Of a DNA stretch of 64,000 nt, positions 23,275 to 35,966 are shown piece after piece; position 1 is the stretch's first letter; each line of letters starts with the position of its first letter. The position numbers and the translations under genes are program-made. The notes under the pieces are model-generated. The model saw nothing but the letters and a program-made list of their open reading frames with translations. It made no database searches and was not told where the DNA came from. The stretch is from an uncultured Gemmatimonadales bacterium. Its GTDB lineage: Bacteria > Gemmatimonadota > Gemmatimonadetes > Longimicrobiales > Gaopeijiaceae. The stretch is taken from assembly GCA_963823035.1 (NCBI GenBank), contig CAWGKG010000018.1:160001-224000 (forward strand), given 5' to 3'.

Positions 23275-24114
23275 TCAGGATTCTGTGATTTCGTGGACGA
23301 TACGGTACGCGGCGTTGCGCCCGATGGCGAGCCGGCGCGCGACCTCCCTGGCCGTCGCGCTGGGCTTCATCCCCTGGTCGAGCAACGTTCGGGCCACCCG
23401 CCGGGCCTCGTCCTCCACGTCCTCCTCGGAGCCCGTCGGCTCGTCCGCGGGCCCGACCACCACGGACACCTCACCCCGCGGAGGATGCTCACGGTAGTAG
23501 GCGGCCACCTCCGACAGGGTTCCCCGAGCGAACTCCTCGTGGACCTTCGTGAGCTCCCGCGCGACCGCGACGCGGCGCGCCGGTCCGCACGCCTCCGCGA
23601 GGTCGTCGAGGAGCCGCTCCAGCCGCTGCGGCGACTCGAAGAGGACGATGGGCTCCGACGCCTTCGCGACGCGTTCCAGGAGCTCCGCGCGCGCGCCGCC
23701 CTTCCGCTCGGGGAAGCCCAGGAAGGTGAAGCGATCGGCGCCGAAGCCCGACCCGACCAGCGCCGCCAGCACCGCCGACGGACCCGGGATCGGAACGACC
23801 CTGTGGCCCCGTTCGATGACGGCGCGCACGAGCCGTCCACCGGGGTCCGAGACCAGCGGCATCCCCGCGTCGGACACGAGCGCCAGCGTCTCGCCCGCGT
23901 CGAGCCAGGCGAGCACGCGTTCGGTGCGCTCCGCTTCGTTGTGTGCGTGGAGGGACACGAGCGGGACCCGCGCGCCCGCATGATCTGCGAGCACCCGGGT
24001 CCGCCGCGTGTCTTCCGCCAGGATGCGATCCGCCGCGCACAACGTCTCGGCCGCACGCTGGCTCAGGTCCCCCAGGTTGCCGATCGGCGTGCCGACGACG
24101 AAGAGGGTGGCCAC
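23275..24114 (-). CDS. rsmI: 16S rRNA (cytidine1402-2'-O)-methyltransferase
   Basis: LFVVGTPIGNLGDLS, AEDTR, LVSDAGMPLVSDPG, PIPGPSA, FESPQR, ARELTKVHEE, RGE. Confidence 0.95.
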   Translation of the reverse strand: MATLFVVGTPIGNLGDLSQRAAETLCAADRILAEDTRRTRVLADHAGARVPLVSLHAHNEAERTERVLAWLDAGETLALVSDAGMPLVSDPGGRLVRAVIERGHRVVPIPGPSAVLAALVGSGFGADRFTFLGFPERKGGARAELLERVAKASEPIVLFESPQRLERLLDDLAEACGPARRVAVARELTKVHEEFARGTLSEVAAYYREHPPRGEVSVVVGPADEPTGSEEDVEDEARRVARTLLDQGMKPSATAREVARRLAIGRNAAYRIVHEITES

Positions 24115-24157
24115 GCGGCGGACTCGGGGACCGGATCGACCTGGCTCTGGATCTCTT

Positions 24158-24493
24158 CTAGAGGTGTTTCTGGATCTTCTCTTCCAGGTGGGGGCGCGGC
24201 ACGAAGCCGATGACCTGATCGACCAGTTTTCCACCCTTGAAGAAGAGGATCGTGGGGATGGACCGCACGCCGTACCGGGCGGAGATGGACGGATTCGCGT
24301 CGACGTCCAGCTTCGCGACCTTCAGTCCCTTCTCCCCATACTCGTCGGCGAGCTCCTCCACGATCGGGGCGACCATACGGCAGGGCCCGCACCAGGTGGC
24401 CCAGAAGTCCACCATGGAGAGCCCGTCGTTGCCCTCGACCTCGGAGGCGAAGTTCTCGTCGTTCACCTCGATGATCGCATTGCTCGTCGCCAT
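24158..24493 (-). CDS. trxA: Thioredoxin
   Basis: VDFWATWCGPCRMVAP, VRSIPT; GGAG upstream. Confidence 0.96.
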   Translation of the reverse strand: MATSNAIIEVNDENFASEVEGNDGLSMVDFWATWCGPCRMVAPIVEELADEYGEKGLKVAKLDVDANPSISARYGVRSIPTILFFKGGKLVDQVIGFVPRPHLEEKIQKHL

Positions 24494-24577
24494 TCCCGCT
24501 CCTTGTCGTGTCACGGCGTCGGCTCTACGATGGCGCCGACGCCCGTCCCACCCGAGTTCCCTCCGCGCAGGACGCTC

Positions 24578-24988
24578 ATGGACTCTGTCACTCCAGGCGA
24601 GCTTCCCCTGGATCACGTGGCGATCGCGGTCTCCTCACTGGAGCGCGCGTCTCGCCTCTACGAACTCCTCTTGAAGCAGCGCTGTTCCCCACCCGAGACC
24701 CTCACGGCCCAGGGCGTGCGCGTCGCCTTCTGCGGATCGTTGGAGCTCATCGAGCCCCTCTCACCCGACAGCGGCGTCGGGCGCTTCCTCGCGCGCCGCG
24801 GCCCGGGGCTACACCACGTGGCGTATCGCTGCGCGGACCTCCAGGCGGAGTTGGACCGGCTGTCGGGAGAAGGCATCGAGCTGATCGACACCCGCCCCCG
24901 CCCCGCCGCCCGCGGCCACCTCGCCGCCTTCCTCCACCCCCGCAGCACCGGGGGCGTCCTCGTGGAGCTGGTCCAGCACGCCGGCTGA
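24578..24988 (+). CDS. mce: Methylmalonyl-CoA epimerase (VOC family)
   Basis: LDHVAIAV, QGVRVAF, LELIEP, FLARRGPGLHHVAY, AFLHPRSTGGVLVELVQ. Confidence 0.85.
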   Translation: MDSVTPGELPLDHVAIAVSSLERASRLYELLLKQRCSPPETLTAQGVRVAFCGSLELIEPLSPDSGVGRFLARRGPGLHHVAYRCADLQAELDRLSGEGIELIDTRPRPAARGHLAAFLHPRSTGGVLVELVQHAG

Positions 24989-25001
24989 GCCCAGCCGCCT
25001 C

Positions 25002-25532
25002 CTACCTCCCCCCCATCACCCGCTCCAGGTCGATCTGCTCCACCAGCCATTGGCCGCCGGAGGCGCGCACCACCACGAACGGGATGTTCGTGACCTTCTC
25101 GCCGGCCACCGTGAGGTCGACGAAGACGCGCGTGGCGTCGTTGAGGCGCCCCGCGACGGCCTCCTCACGCACGATCCGGTAGTCCTCGTGACGGAGCAGG
25201 CGCGCGATCGCGTCCAGGCGGACCTCGACGTCGCGGCGCTTCGTACACGCCGAGCCGCCGAACCAGGAGCCGATCTTCTTGAAGAAGCACCCGAACGTGC
25301 CACCGGTGTCGAAGACCGGTCCGTCGGCCGTACCGAACAACCGGCCCATGGACTCGATGTCGCGGTCGTTCGCCGCCTGCAGGAACCGCTCGACCGAAAG
25401 CTGTGCCACGACGCCCGCCCCCGGTCCACGCTGGACCACGGTCGTACACGCCGTGCCACCCCCCGCCAGCAGCACGGCGAGCGTCCATAGGGACGCGCGG
25501 GTCCGCGCTCGTGAGGAGATCCCAGCCCTCAT
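25002..25532 (-). CDS. Hypothetical lipoprotein
   Basis: Hydrophobic N-terminus with GTAC lipobox-like site; alpha/beta body ending GQWLVEQIDL. Confidence 0.6.
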   Translation of the reverse strand: MRAGISSRARTRASLWTLAVLLAGGGTACTTVVQRGPGAGVVAQLSVERFLQAANDRDIESMGRLFGTADGPVFDTGGTFGCFFKKIGSWFGGSACTKRRDVEVRLDAIARLLRHEDYRIVREEAVAGRLNDATRVFVDLTVAGEKVTNIPFVVVRASGGQWLVEQIDLERVMGGR

Positions 25533-25629
25533 GACACGCTCCTGACAGGGTGACACCGACGCCTCCGGAGTGGCTCGACACGCGCAGTCGAATCTCGACG
25601 AAAGCGACCGTCGCGGGAACCCCGTTGGG

Positions 25630-28278
<2,649 letters not shown>

Positions 28279-28329
28279 GTCGTCTCTGGCTGTCCGGTCG
28301 CTCTCGTCTTCTTCATGGCGCCCGAAGCC

Positions 28330-28344
28330 CTGCCACTCTGGCAG
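28330..28344. promoter_or_regulatory. Palindromic candidate operator in the clpB upstream region
   Basis: CTGCCA-CTC-TGGCAG perfect dyad. Confidence 0.45.
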
Positions 28345-28372
28345 ACACCGGGCGCCCTCCCCCTGAGAGGGT

Positions 28373-28387
28373 TCAAGATCCGCGCCA
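28373..28387 (-). promoter_or_regulatory. Putative sigma54-type -24/-12 promoter upstream of clpB
   Basis: Minus strand TGGCGC-GGATC-TTGA versus consensus TGGCAC-N5-TTGC. Confidence 0.45.
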
Positions 28388-28431
28388 CCCGACGGCCCTC
28401 CGTCGGGCGAGCGTGTCCGCCTCGACGTCCT

Positions 28432-29869
28432 CTACGGAAGCGGGTCCCCGACCACGCGCTTCATGCGCGTCCCCGACGGGATGACGTCGTTCACGTCCAT
28501 GCGGTTCAGGCGGGCGATCTCCTCGACCGGCACGGGTGCCGGGTAGCGCTGGTAGAACTCGGCCACCGTCATGCGGCCCGAGGTCGTCACCAGCTGGATC
28601 CGGCGCGGCTGGACGTCGAGGATCTTCCGGTCGGTCACCGGTGCGAAGCTCCCGAGCGCCGCGGACACCTCGTTCCGGTAGGTCGTCCACCGAGCCGAAG
28701 CGGCGTAGCCGAGCATGCGCCAGACCGTGCCCTGGTACGTGAGGAAGAGCGCCTCCCCGCGGATCTCGTTGCCGTCCGAGGTCTGGGCGGTGAAGGGCGC
28801 ACGGTAGCTCGGCACGCCGTGGTCGTTGGCGGAGCGCATCGCCCCGCCCTGCACGCCATCCTGCGCCAGGAAGGCGCGGAGCGCCGCCTGGGCATCGCTC
28901 GCCGAGTCGGCCGGCTCCAGCACGACCAGCGCGTCCCCCTGCCCGCTCACCGCGCCCACCGCACGGGCTCTGGTTGACCGTGTTCCACCCCGCCGGGAAG
29001 CGGAGCTGGAACGCCAGGCCCGGGTGCAGGAAGAGGTTGTCCTTGAAATAGCCCTGCCGCGGGTCCTCGCCGTAGACGATGCCGTCGATGTGCTCGAGCA
29101 GGGCGTCGCGCGCGACCGTGCCGCCTCCCTGCACATGGTTCTCCTGCATGACCTGGCGGATGTGGGCCTCGCGGTTCTCGGGATAGGGGTGCGTCGACTG
29201 CCATTCCGGCACCCGTCCCCCCTCGCCCCCCGAAACGGCGGCCAGCATCTCGAAGACGCCGAGGAGCGCGTCGGCGTCGTAGCTCGCGCGCGTCATGTAG
29301 CGGATGCCGAGCTCGTCGGCCTGTGTCTCGTCGCCCCGGGAGTACTTGAGGTTCATGAGCCCGAGGCCGGCAGAGAGAAGGTCGCCGTACTTCCTGACGT
29401 CCTCGGAGAGGACCATCCCGACGCCCAGGCCGACCTGCTGGAGCTGCTGGCGGCTCATCTGGCTGACGGAGTGCCGCGCGGTCACGTGTCCGATCTCGTG
29501 CCCGAGCACGCCGGCGAGCTCCGCCTCGGACTGGAAGTAGGCCAGGATGCCCCGCGTCACGTAGATGAACCCGCCCGGAAGGGCGAAGGCGTTGACCACC
29601 GGGTCGTCCACCACCTCGAACGACCAGGGGAGATCGGGGCGCTCGGAGGTCGCCGCGAGCCGGTTGCCGATGCCCGACACGTAGCTCTGGAGCGCCGCGT
29701 TGTCCACCAGACCCAGGGAAGACCGGACCTCCTGGTCGGCTGCGCGTCCCATCTGGATCTCCTGCTGCTCGCCGATCAGCGAGAGCTGACGCTCTCCCGT
29801 AGCGGGGTTCACGGCGCAGCCGAGGACGAGGAACGCAGCGAAGGAAACGACGACTCGGACGAGGCGCAC
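28432..29869 (-). CDS. M48 family zinc metalloprotease lipoprotein with LysM-like C-terminus (frameshift near 28966)
   Basis: Lipobox VLGC, NPATG, NAFALPGG, HEIGH, YSRGDETQAD, STHP; C-terminal EIARLNRM..VIPSGTRMKRVV. Confidence 0.88.
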
Positions 29870-30052
29870 TGGGTCTTCTCCTGGAGTTCGGGGTAGCGGT
29901 CGTGCACCCGGGGCGCGACGAAAACGCTTGAGGATCCGGCCGACGGAGCCGACCTTAGGCGTTACCCCCCAGCACCCAGAGCGATTCCTTGCATCCTTCG
30001 ACGCTTTCCACCCGCTCCCGAGGCCCCCCGGAACACGCCGGTTCGTGCGCTC

Positions 30053-32513
30053 GTGTTCTCCGTGGCGTCCCTGGGTATCCCGGTGGTCACGGCGTTCCTG
30101 CGTCCGGAGTGGATCGCGAGCCAGGACGCCTTCCTGGTCTGGCTGCCGGCGCTCGTGCCGCCGTTCCTCCTGGCCTACTACAAGGGTTGGCACGGCGCGA
30201 GCCTTGCGCTGGCGGGGGGAATGGCCACGCTCGCGCTCGTGCACGTGGAGGTCCTCCTCCTGGGGCTCCCGGGGACGCCCTGGCCCTACGTCTTCGCGCT
30301 CATCGTGCTCCTCGTGCTCGTGTCGATCGGCTCCGGCTCCGTGGCCGAGCTGCTGCACCGGGAACGTGACCGGGCCGAGCAGACCGCGCTGACCGACCCG
30401 CTCACCGGCCTCCCGAACCGCCGCCACGCGTCGGTCTTCCTGGATGCCTCGTGGGCTGCCGCCGTCCGCGGGCGCAGCATGGCCCTGGTGATCTTCGACC
30501 TCGACCGCTTCAAGGCCGTGAACGACGTCCAGGGGCACACCGAGGGCGACCGCGTCCTGCGGGCCGTGGGGCGCGTGCTCGCCGAGCGCACGCGGCGGAT
30601 GGACCTCTCCGTGCGCTACGGGGGCGAGGAATTCCTGACGATCCTCATGGACTGCACGATCGAGCAGGCGGAGATCTTCGCGGAACAGGTGCGGGCGCGC
30701 GTGGCGGCGCTGGACTTCTCCTGGGGACGCGTCACGCTCAGCGCCGGCGTGAGCGCGATCGAGCAGGGGATGGGCTCCCCCGACATCCTCGTGGCCGCCG
30801 CCGACCGAGCGCTCTATGCCGCCAAGGACAGGGGCCGCGACCGCGTGGTCCGTGCCGACACCTCGCTCACGCTCGCCGCGGGTGCGCCGCTGCCGGCCCC
30901 GCCCCCGCAGCTGGAGGCGAGGAAGAACCTGATGGGCGTGCGCGTTCTCCTGGTCGACGACGACGAGGCCGCGCTGAGGGCCACGGCGCACATTCTCGAG
31001 CACTTCGGGTGCGTGGTGCGCACGGCCGACACGTCACGGGACGCCCTCGCCATCCTCACGCAGGAGATCCCGGTGGACGTGGTCGTGACGGACATCGTCA
31101 TGCCCGACATGAGCGGGTTCACGCTCATCGACGTCGCCAGCAAGGTGCGCGCGGGGCTGCCCGTGCTGTACGTGTCCGGCTACCCCCAGGAGGAGGTGTA
31201 CTGGGGCGGAATCCCCGGGGCGCGCAGCGCCTTCCTCAGCAAGCCGCTGGAGATCGAGGAGGTGAAGCAGACGCTGATGCACCTCCTCACGCCGCTCGAG
31301 GAGGGCGGAACCGTCCTCGAGATGACGCATGGCCGAGCGCCGGGAGGCCCGTCCCCGCCTCCTCGCCAACGCCCCCGTGATCGGGCTGGCCGAGCCGCCC
31401 CAGGCACGGGAGCTGGACAAGCGGGATGGACACATCCTGATCGTGGACGACGACGAGGCGGTCGTGGAGACCCTGCAGCGGCTCTTCACCCGTGCCGGCT
31501 ACGAATGCCCGATGGGCGTCACGGACCCCACGCGCGTCGTGGACGTCCTGCGCAGCGAGCCCTTCGACCTGATGATCCTCGACCTGTACATGCCGGGCAT
31601 GGACGGCTTCGAGGTGCTCATGGCGATCTCCGAGGTGTTCGGTTCGGAGGAGTACTTCCCGGTGCTGATCCTCACGGGCGACGACGATCCGCTCATCCGC
31701 CGGCGCGCGCTCGCCGCCGGAGCCATGGACTTCCTGAACAAGCCGTTCGACCCGGCCGAGGCCGAGGCACGCGTGGGCAACCTCCTGGCCGCACGCTTCC
31801 TCAATCAGCGGGTCGCGATGCAGCGTGACACGCTGGAGGAACGCGTCGCGGAGCGCACGGCCGAGCTGGCCGACACCCGCTCCGAGATCCTGCACCGACT
31901 CGCGCGCGCCGCGGAGTACCGCGACGACGTGACCGGACGCCACGCGGAGCGGGTGGGCCTCCTCTCCTCGCGGCTCGCCGCCGAGCTGGGCCTGCCGCCG
32001 CGCGAGGTCGACATCATCCGGCGCACGGCGGGGCTGCACGATGTCGGGAAGATCGGCGTTCCGGACGCCATCCTGAACAAGGTGGGGCGCCTCACCCCGA
32101 CCGAATTCGAGATCATGAAGACGCACACGACCATCGGCGCGCAGATCCTGGGCGGGAGCGCGTACCGGCTGCTCGAGGTCGCGCGCGGCATCGCGCTTTG
32201 CCACCACGAGCGTTGGGACGGCCTCGGCTACCCGCACGGACGCGTCGGGCGGGACATCCCGTTGGAGGCCCGGATCGTCTCGGTCGCGGACACCTTCGAC
32301 ACGATCGCGCACCACCGGCCCTACAAGCCGGCGCTCACCCCGGCCGAGGCGCTCGCCGAGATCCTCCGCTGTCGCGGGAAGCACTACGACCCGGACGTGG
32401 TGGACGCTTTCGCGAAGATCACCGAGCGCGTGGGCATGGACAACATCCACGGGCTCGCGGATCCCCTGAACCCCTTGCGGGATACCATGGGTCCGACAGC
32501 CCTGAGCTCCTGA
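30053..32513 (+). CDS. Membrane diguanylate cyclase/phosphodiesterase: TM-GGDEF-REC-REC-HD-GYP (probable single gene with a frameshift near 31328, or two overlapping genes)
   Basis: TDPLTGLPNRR, DLDRFKAVND, RYGGEEF; REC (LLVDDD, TDIVMP, SKP); second frame REC (IVDDD, LDLYMP, NKP) and LHDVGKIG, HHERWDGLGYP, RPYK. Start uncertain. Confidence 0.85.
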
Positions 32514-32557
32514 ACGAGCCGCCCCGGCGAGCCCGACGGGACCGGCCCGGAGAACGG

Positions 32558-32932
32558 ATGATCCGCAGCAGACCCCCCTCCCCCGCCAGGTACCTCCTCG
32601 CGTTCCTCGTCGTTCTCGTGGTGGCGCTCGGACCCGTGGCGTGCCGCACGAGTCCGGCCGAGGCGCCCGCGACCTCCGACCTCGCCCGCGACAGGTTCAT
32701 CGCCACGTACGTCGAACTGAGGTCCGTGGCGGTCCGCGAGGACCGGAGCCTGATGGACGCGGAGCGCCGTCGCCAGATCCTCGAGGAGCACGGCGTGACC
32801 GAGGCCGAGCTGCTGGCCTTCGCGGAGGCGCACGGCGAGGACGTCGCCTTCATGAAGAAGGTCTGGGACGACGTGGAGGTGAAGCTCGACTCCCTCCGCC
32901 TGACCGAGACCGGCCCGGACATCCCCCGCTGA
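32558..32932 (+). CDS. Hypothetical lipoprotein
   Basis: Signal peptide with PVAC lipobox; small helical domain. Confidence 0.6.
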   Translation: MIRSRPPSPARYLLAFLVVLVVALGPVACRTSPAEAPATSDLARDRFIATYVELRSVAVREDRSLMDAERRRQILEEHGVTEAELLAFAEAHGEDVAFMKKVWDDVEVKLDSLRLTETGPDIPR

Positions 32933-34122
32933 GCGCGCTGCCCCGCGTCCACCTCGCGCCCGGACGTGAGGGACCCCCGGCGGGAGGCCATCCCTGGCTC
33001 TTCTCGGGCTCCATCCGCCGCGTCGAAGGCGACCCGGCGGACGGCGCCGAGGTGGACGTCGTCGATGCGGAGGGCTCGTTCGTGGCGCGCGGCCTCTACA
33101 ATGGCCTCAGCCAGATCCGCGTCCGCCTCTACACGCGCGAGCCGGTCCCGCTCGACGACGACTTCTTCGCCCGGCGCATCAGCGCCGCCGTCCGCCTGCG
33201 CACGGACGTGCTGGGGCTGGACGACCCGCAGGGCGCGTGCCGTCTGGTGTTCAGCGAGGGCGACGGCCTCTCGGGACTCACGGTCGACCGCTACGGACCC
33301 TGGCTTTCCGTACAGCTCACGAGCCTCGCGCTCGCGCGCCGCCGGGACGCTCTCCTCTCCGCGCTCGATGCGGCCGTATCCCCGGCCGGCGTGATGCTGC
33401 GCACGGAGAAGGGCATCCTCGAGGAGGAGGGCCTCCAGCTGAGGGACGGTCCGCTCGCCGGCACGCTGCCCGACGCGCCGATCGAGGTCGTGGACGGCGG
33501 GCTCCGCTTCGGCGTCGATCTGCGCACCGGGCACAAGACCGGCTTCTACCTCGATCAACGTGAGAACCGCCTTCGCGCCGCGGCCTACGCGCCGGGGCGG
33601 ACGGTCGCCGACGTCTTCTGCTACTCCGGCGGCTTCGCCGTCGCGACGGCGGCGCACGGGGCGGCCCACGTGACGGCGGTCGACTCCTCCGCGCCGGCCC
33701 TCGCGCTGGCCGCCGCCAACGCCGAGCGAAACGGGGTGGCCGACCGCGTGGAGGCCTCACGCGCCGACGCCTTCGGCTGGCTGGAGGCGCAGGGCCGGGA
33801 GGGACGACGCTACGGGATGGTGGTGCTGGACCCGCCCCGCTTCGCCCGCACGACTCGAGGTGTGCGCTCCGCGCTGCAGGCGTACGAGCGCCTGAATGGG
33901 CTCGCGCTGGACGTCCTGGAGCCCGACGGCATCCTGGTGACGTGCTCTTGTTCGGGGCGGGTGTCGGCGGACGCCTTCATCGGTGCGGTCGGACGCGCCT
34001 CGGCCGCGCGTGGGCGACCTGTGCAGCTCCTCGAGGTGCGTGGCCAGGCGCCCGACCACCCGGTCGCGGCGACCTGCCCGGAATCCGCCTACCTCAAGTG
34101 CCTGATCTGCCGCATCGCCTGA
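32929..34122 (+). CDS. RlmI-like class I SAM-dependent rRNA methyltransferase with PUA domain
   Basis: GHPWLFSG, RLVFSEGDGLSGLTVDRY, GHKTGFYLDQRENR, DVFCYSGGF, VLDPPRF, LVTCSCS, DHPV..PESAYLK. Confidence 0.88.
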   Translation: MSALPRVHLAPGREGPPAGGHPWLFSGSIRRVEGDPADGAEVDVVDAEGSFVARGLYNGLSQIRVRLYTREPVPLDDDFFARRISAAVRLRTDVLGLDDPQGACRLVFSEGDGLSGLTVDRYGPWLSVQLTSLALARRRDALLSALDAAVSPAGVMLRTEKGILEEEGLQLRDGPLAGTLPDAPIEVVDGGLRFGVDLRTGHKTGFYLDQRENRLRAAAYAPGRTVADVFCYSGGFAVATAAHGAAHVTAVDSSAPALALAAANAERNGVADRVEASRADAFGWLEAQGREGRRYGMVVLDPPRFARTTRGVRSALQAYERLNGLALDVLEPDGILVTCSCSGRVSADAFIGAVGRASAARGRPVQLLEVRGQAPDHPVAATCPESAYLKCLICRIA

Positions 34123-34125
34123 GGC

Positions 34126-34746
34126 TCACTCCCGAGCGCTACCGCTCGGTACGCGGATGCCGACGGCGTAGGCGTCCCGCCCTCCGATCGAGGCGCCGAA
34201 CCGGGCCACCCACCCCGCGACCAGCCTGAGGTCCAGGCCGAGGTCCAGGACCCCGTCCACCCTGGCGTGGTCACCCTCCGCGCTCGAGAGGTCGAAGACG
34301 ACGTGCACCCCCGCGTAGGGGGAGAACGCCGTGCCGTCTCCGAGCCCGGTCCACCCGGCGACCACGCCGAGGGGGAGCGACACCGTCACGTCGTTCCCGG
34401 CGCCGAGCCCGGCCCCGCCCCAAGCCACCAGGCGCACCGCGGACTGCCCGACGGTGCTGGCCAGCGTGCGCGACACGTCGATGCCGGCGAAGCCCTCCAA
34501 CTCGTCGCGGAGCCCCTGCGCGAGGGCCCCCCGGTAGCCGAAGCTCCAGACGGGCCCCGGGGCTCGCCACTGCCCGAGGGCGCCCAGCCGGTCGCCCGGC
34601 CAGGGGTCCACGAGGAACACGCTGAGGCCCGCCGGCGCGTGGGGACCCAGGAGGGAGGGCGCCTCCCAGGCGAGCTGCCCCGAGAGGGGACGCGCGGCCA
34701 GGGTGGCGAGAACGAGCAGCAGCGTGGTGGCGACTCGGCGGCTCAA
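34126..34746 (-). CDS. Hypothetical exported beta-barrel-like protein (paralog 2)
   Basis: TTG start after GGAGG, signal peptide, QLAWEAPSLLGP, alternating beta-strand pattern; similar to the neighbour. Confidence 0.65.
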   Translation of the reverse strand: MSRRVATTLLLVLATLAARPLSGQLAWEAPSLLGPHAPAGLSVFLVDPWPGDRLGALGQWRAPGPVWSFGYRGALAQGLRDELEGFAGIDVSRTLASTVGQSAVRLVAWGGAGLGAGNDVTVSLPLGVVAGWTGLGDGTAFSPYAGVHVVFDLSSAEGDHARVDGVLDLGLDLRLVAGWVARFGASIGGRDAYAVGIRVPSGSARE

Positions 34747-34801
34747 GGCGACCTCCGGGGTGCGGGCGGCGTGTGCGTCGGTCGGGGGCTGGGCGCTTCC
34801 G

Positions 34802-35419
34802 TCAGCGTCCCGTCGGGACGCGGAATCCGATTCCCAGGGACTCGCGCCCGCCGAGCGCGGCGCCGAAGCGACCGACCCAGCCCGAGGGGAACGCGATGTC
34901 GAGACCGAGATCGAAGACGCCCTCCAGGTCGAGGTTGTCGTCGCCGCGGTCGTTCCCCACGTCTTCGCGAGCGTCGAGCACCACGTGGGCGCCCACGTAG
35001 GGAATGAAGGCCACCGATTCGTCCTCGAACGTCCAGCCGAACACGAGCCCGAGCGGGAACGAGGCTCCGAACCGGTCGCCGATGCCGACCCCCGCTCCCG
35101 TCCACCACAGGGCCGTGGGTCCGTTCGTCCCACCGAGCCCGGGCAGGGAGCCCGAGACGTCGATGCCGAAGAGGGCGGCCAGGTCGTGGCCGGCGTCGGC
35201 GAGGCCCGCCCGGAACCCCAACCCGACGGGTGCGGCGGCGCGGCGCCACAGGGCGACGAACGCGAGCCCGTCGCCGGGATCGGAGTCGGTGAGCGCCAGG
35301 GTGAGCCCCGGAGGCGATCCGGCGTGCATGAACGAGGGCGCGTCCCACACCGCCTGAGCCGAAGCTCGGGCGGGCGCGAGGAGCGCGAGGGTCAGCGTGA
35401 GCGCGAAGGCGCGTCTCAT
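34802..35419 (-). CDS. Hypothetical exported beta-barrel-like protein (paralog 1)
   Basis: Signal peptide ending [37 protein letters not shown]. Confidence 0.68.
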   Translation of the reverse strand: MRRAFALTLTLALLAPARASAQAVWDAPSFMHAGSPPGLTLALTDSDPGDGLAFVALWRRAAAPVGLGFRAGLADAGHDLAALFGIDVSGSLPGLGGTNGPTALWWTGAGVGIGDRFGASFPLGLVFGWTFEDESVAFIPYVGAHVVLDAREDVGNDRGDDNLDLEGVFDLGLDIAFPSGWVGRFGAALGGRESLGIGFRVPTGR

Positions 35420-35541
35420 GGATCTCTCCGTTCGGGCGGGCTCGGTGCTCTTTGGACGCACCGCTCCACGCCGTGGTTGCAGCGAGGCGGGCGGAGGGAC
35501 AAGATCCCGTCCGCAGGTTGGACGAACCGGACTTGGGGAGA

Positions 35542-35946
35542 ATGCAAATGGCGTTCCAACGCGCCTTCAGCGGCGCTCCTTGGGAGGCGCAGGTCGGCTA
35601 CTGCCGGGCTCTTCGGGCCGGAGACCGCGTCTTCGTGACCGGCACGGCGCCGGTGGCCGAAGGGGGCGGCGTCCACGCGCCCGGAGACGCCTACCAACAG
35701 GCCCGACGCTGCTTCGAGATCATGGCGCGCGCGCTCGGCGACCTCGGTGCCGGTGTGGAGCACGTGGTCCGCACGCGGATGTTCGTGACCGATATCTCCC
35801 GCTGGGCCGAGTACGGCCGCGCGCACGCCGAGACGTTCGGCGATCATCCGCCCACCACCACGATGGTCGAGGTGCGGCGCCTGATCGACCCGGAGATGCT
35901 CATCGAGATCGAGGCGGACGCGGTGGTCGAAGAACACGACGCGTGA
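35542..35946 (+). CDS. RidA (YjgF/YER057c/UK114) family protein
   Basis: [43 protein letters not shown]. Confidence 0.88.
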   Translation: MQMAFQRAFSGAPWEAQVGYCRALRAGDRVFVTGTAPVAEGGGVHAPGDAYQQARRCFEIMARALGDLGAGVEHVVRTRMFVTDISRWAEYGRAHAETFGDHPPTTTMVEVRRLIDPEMLIEIEADAVVEEHDA

Positions 35947-35966
35947 GCGCGCCGCGGCGCGTCCAC

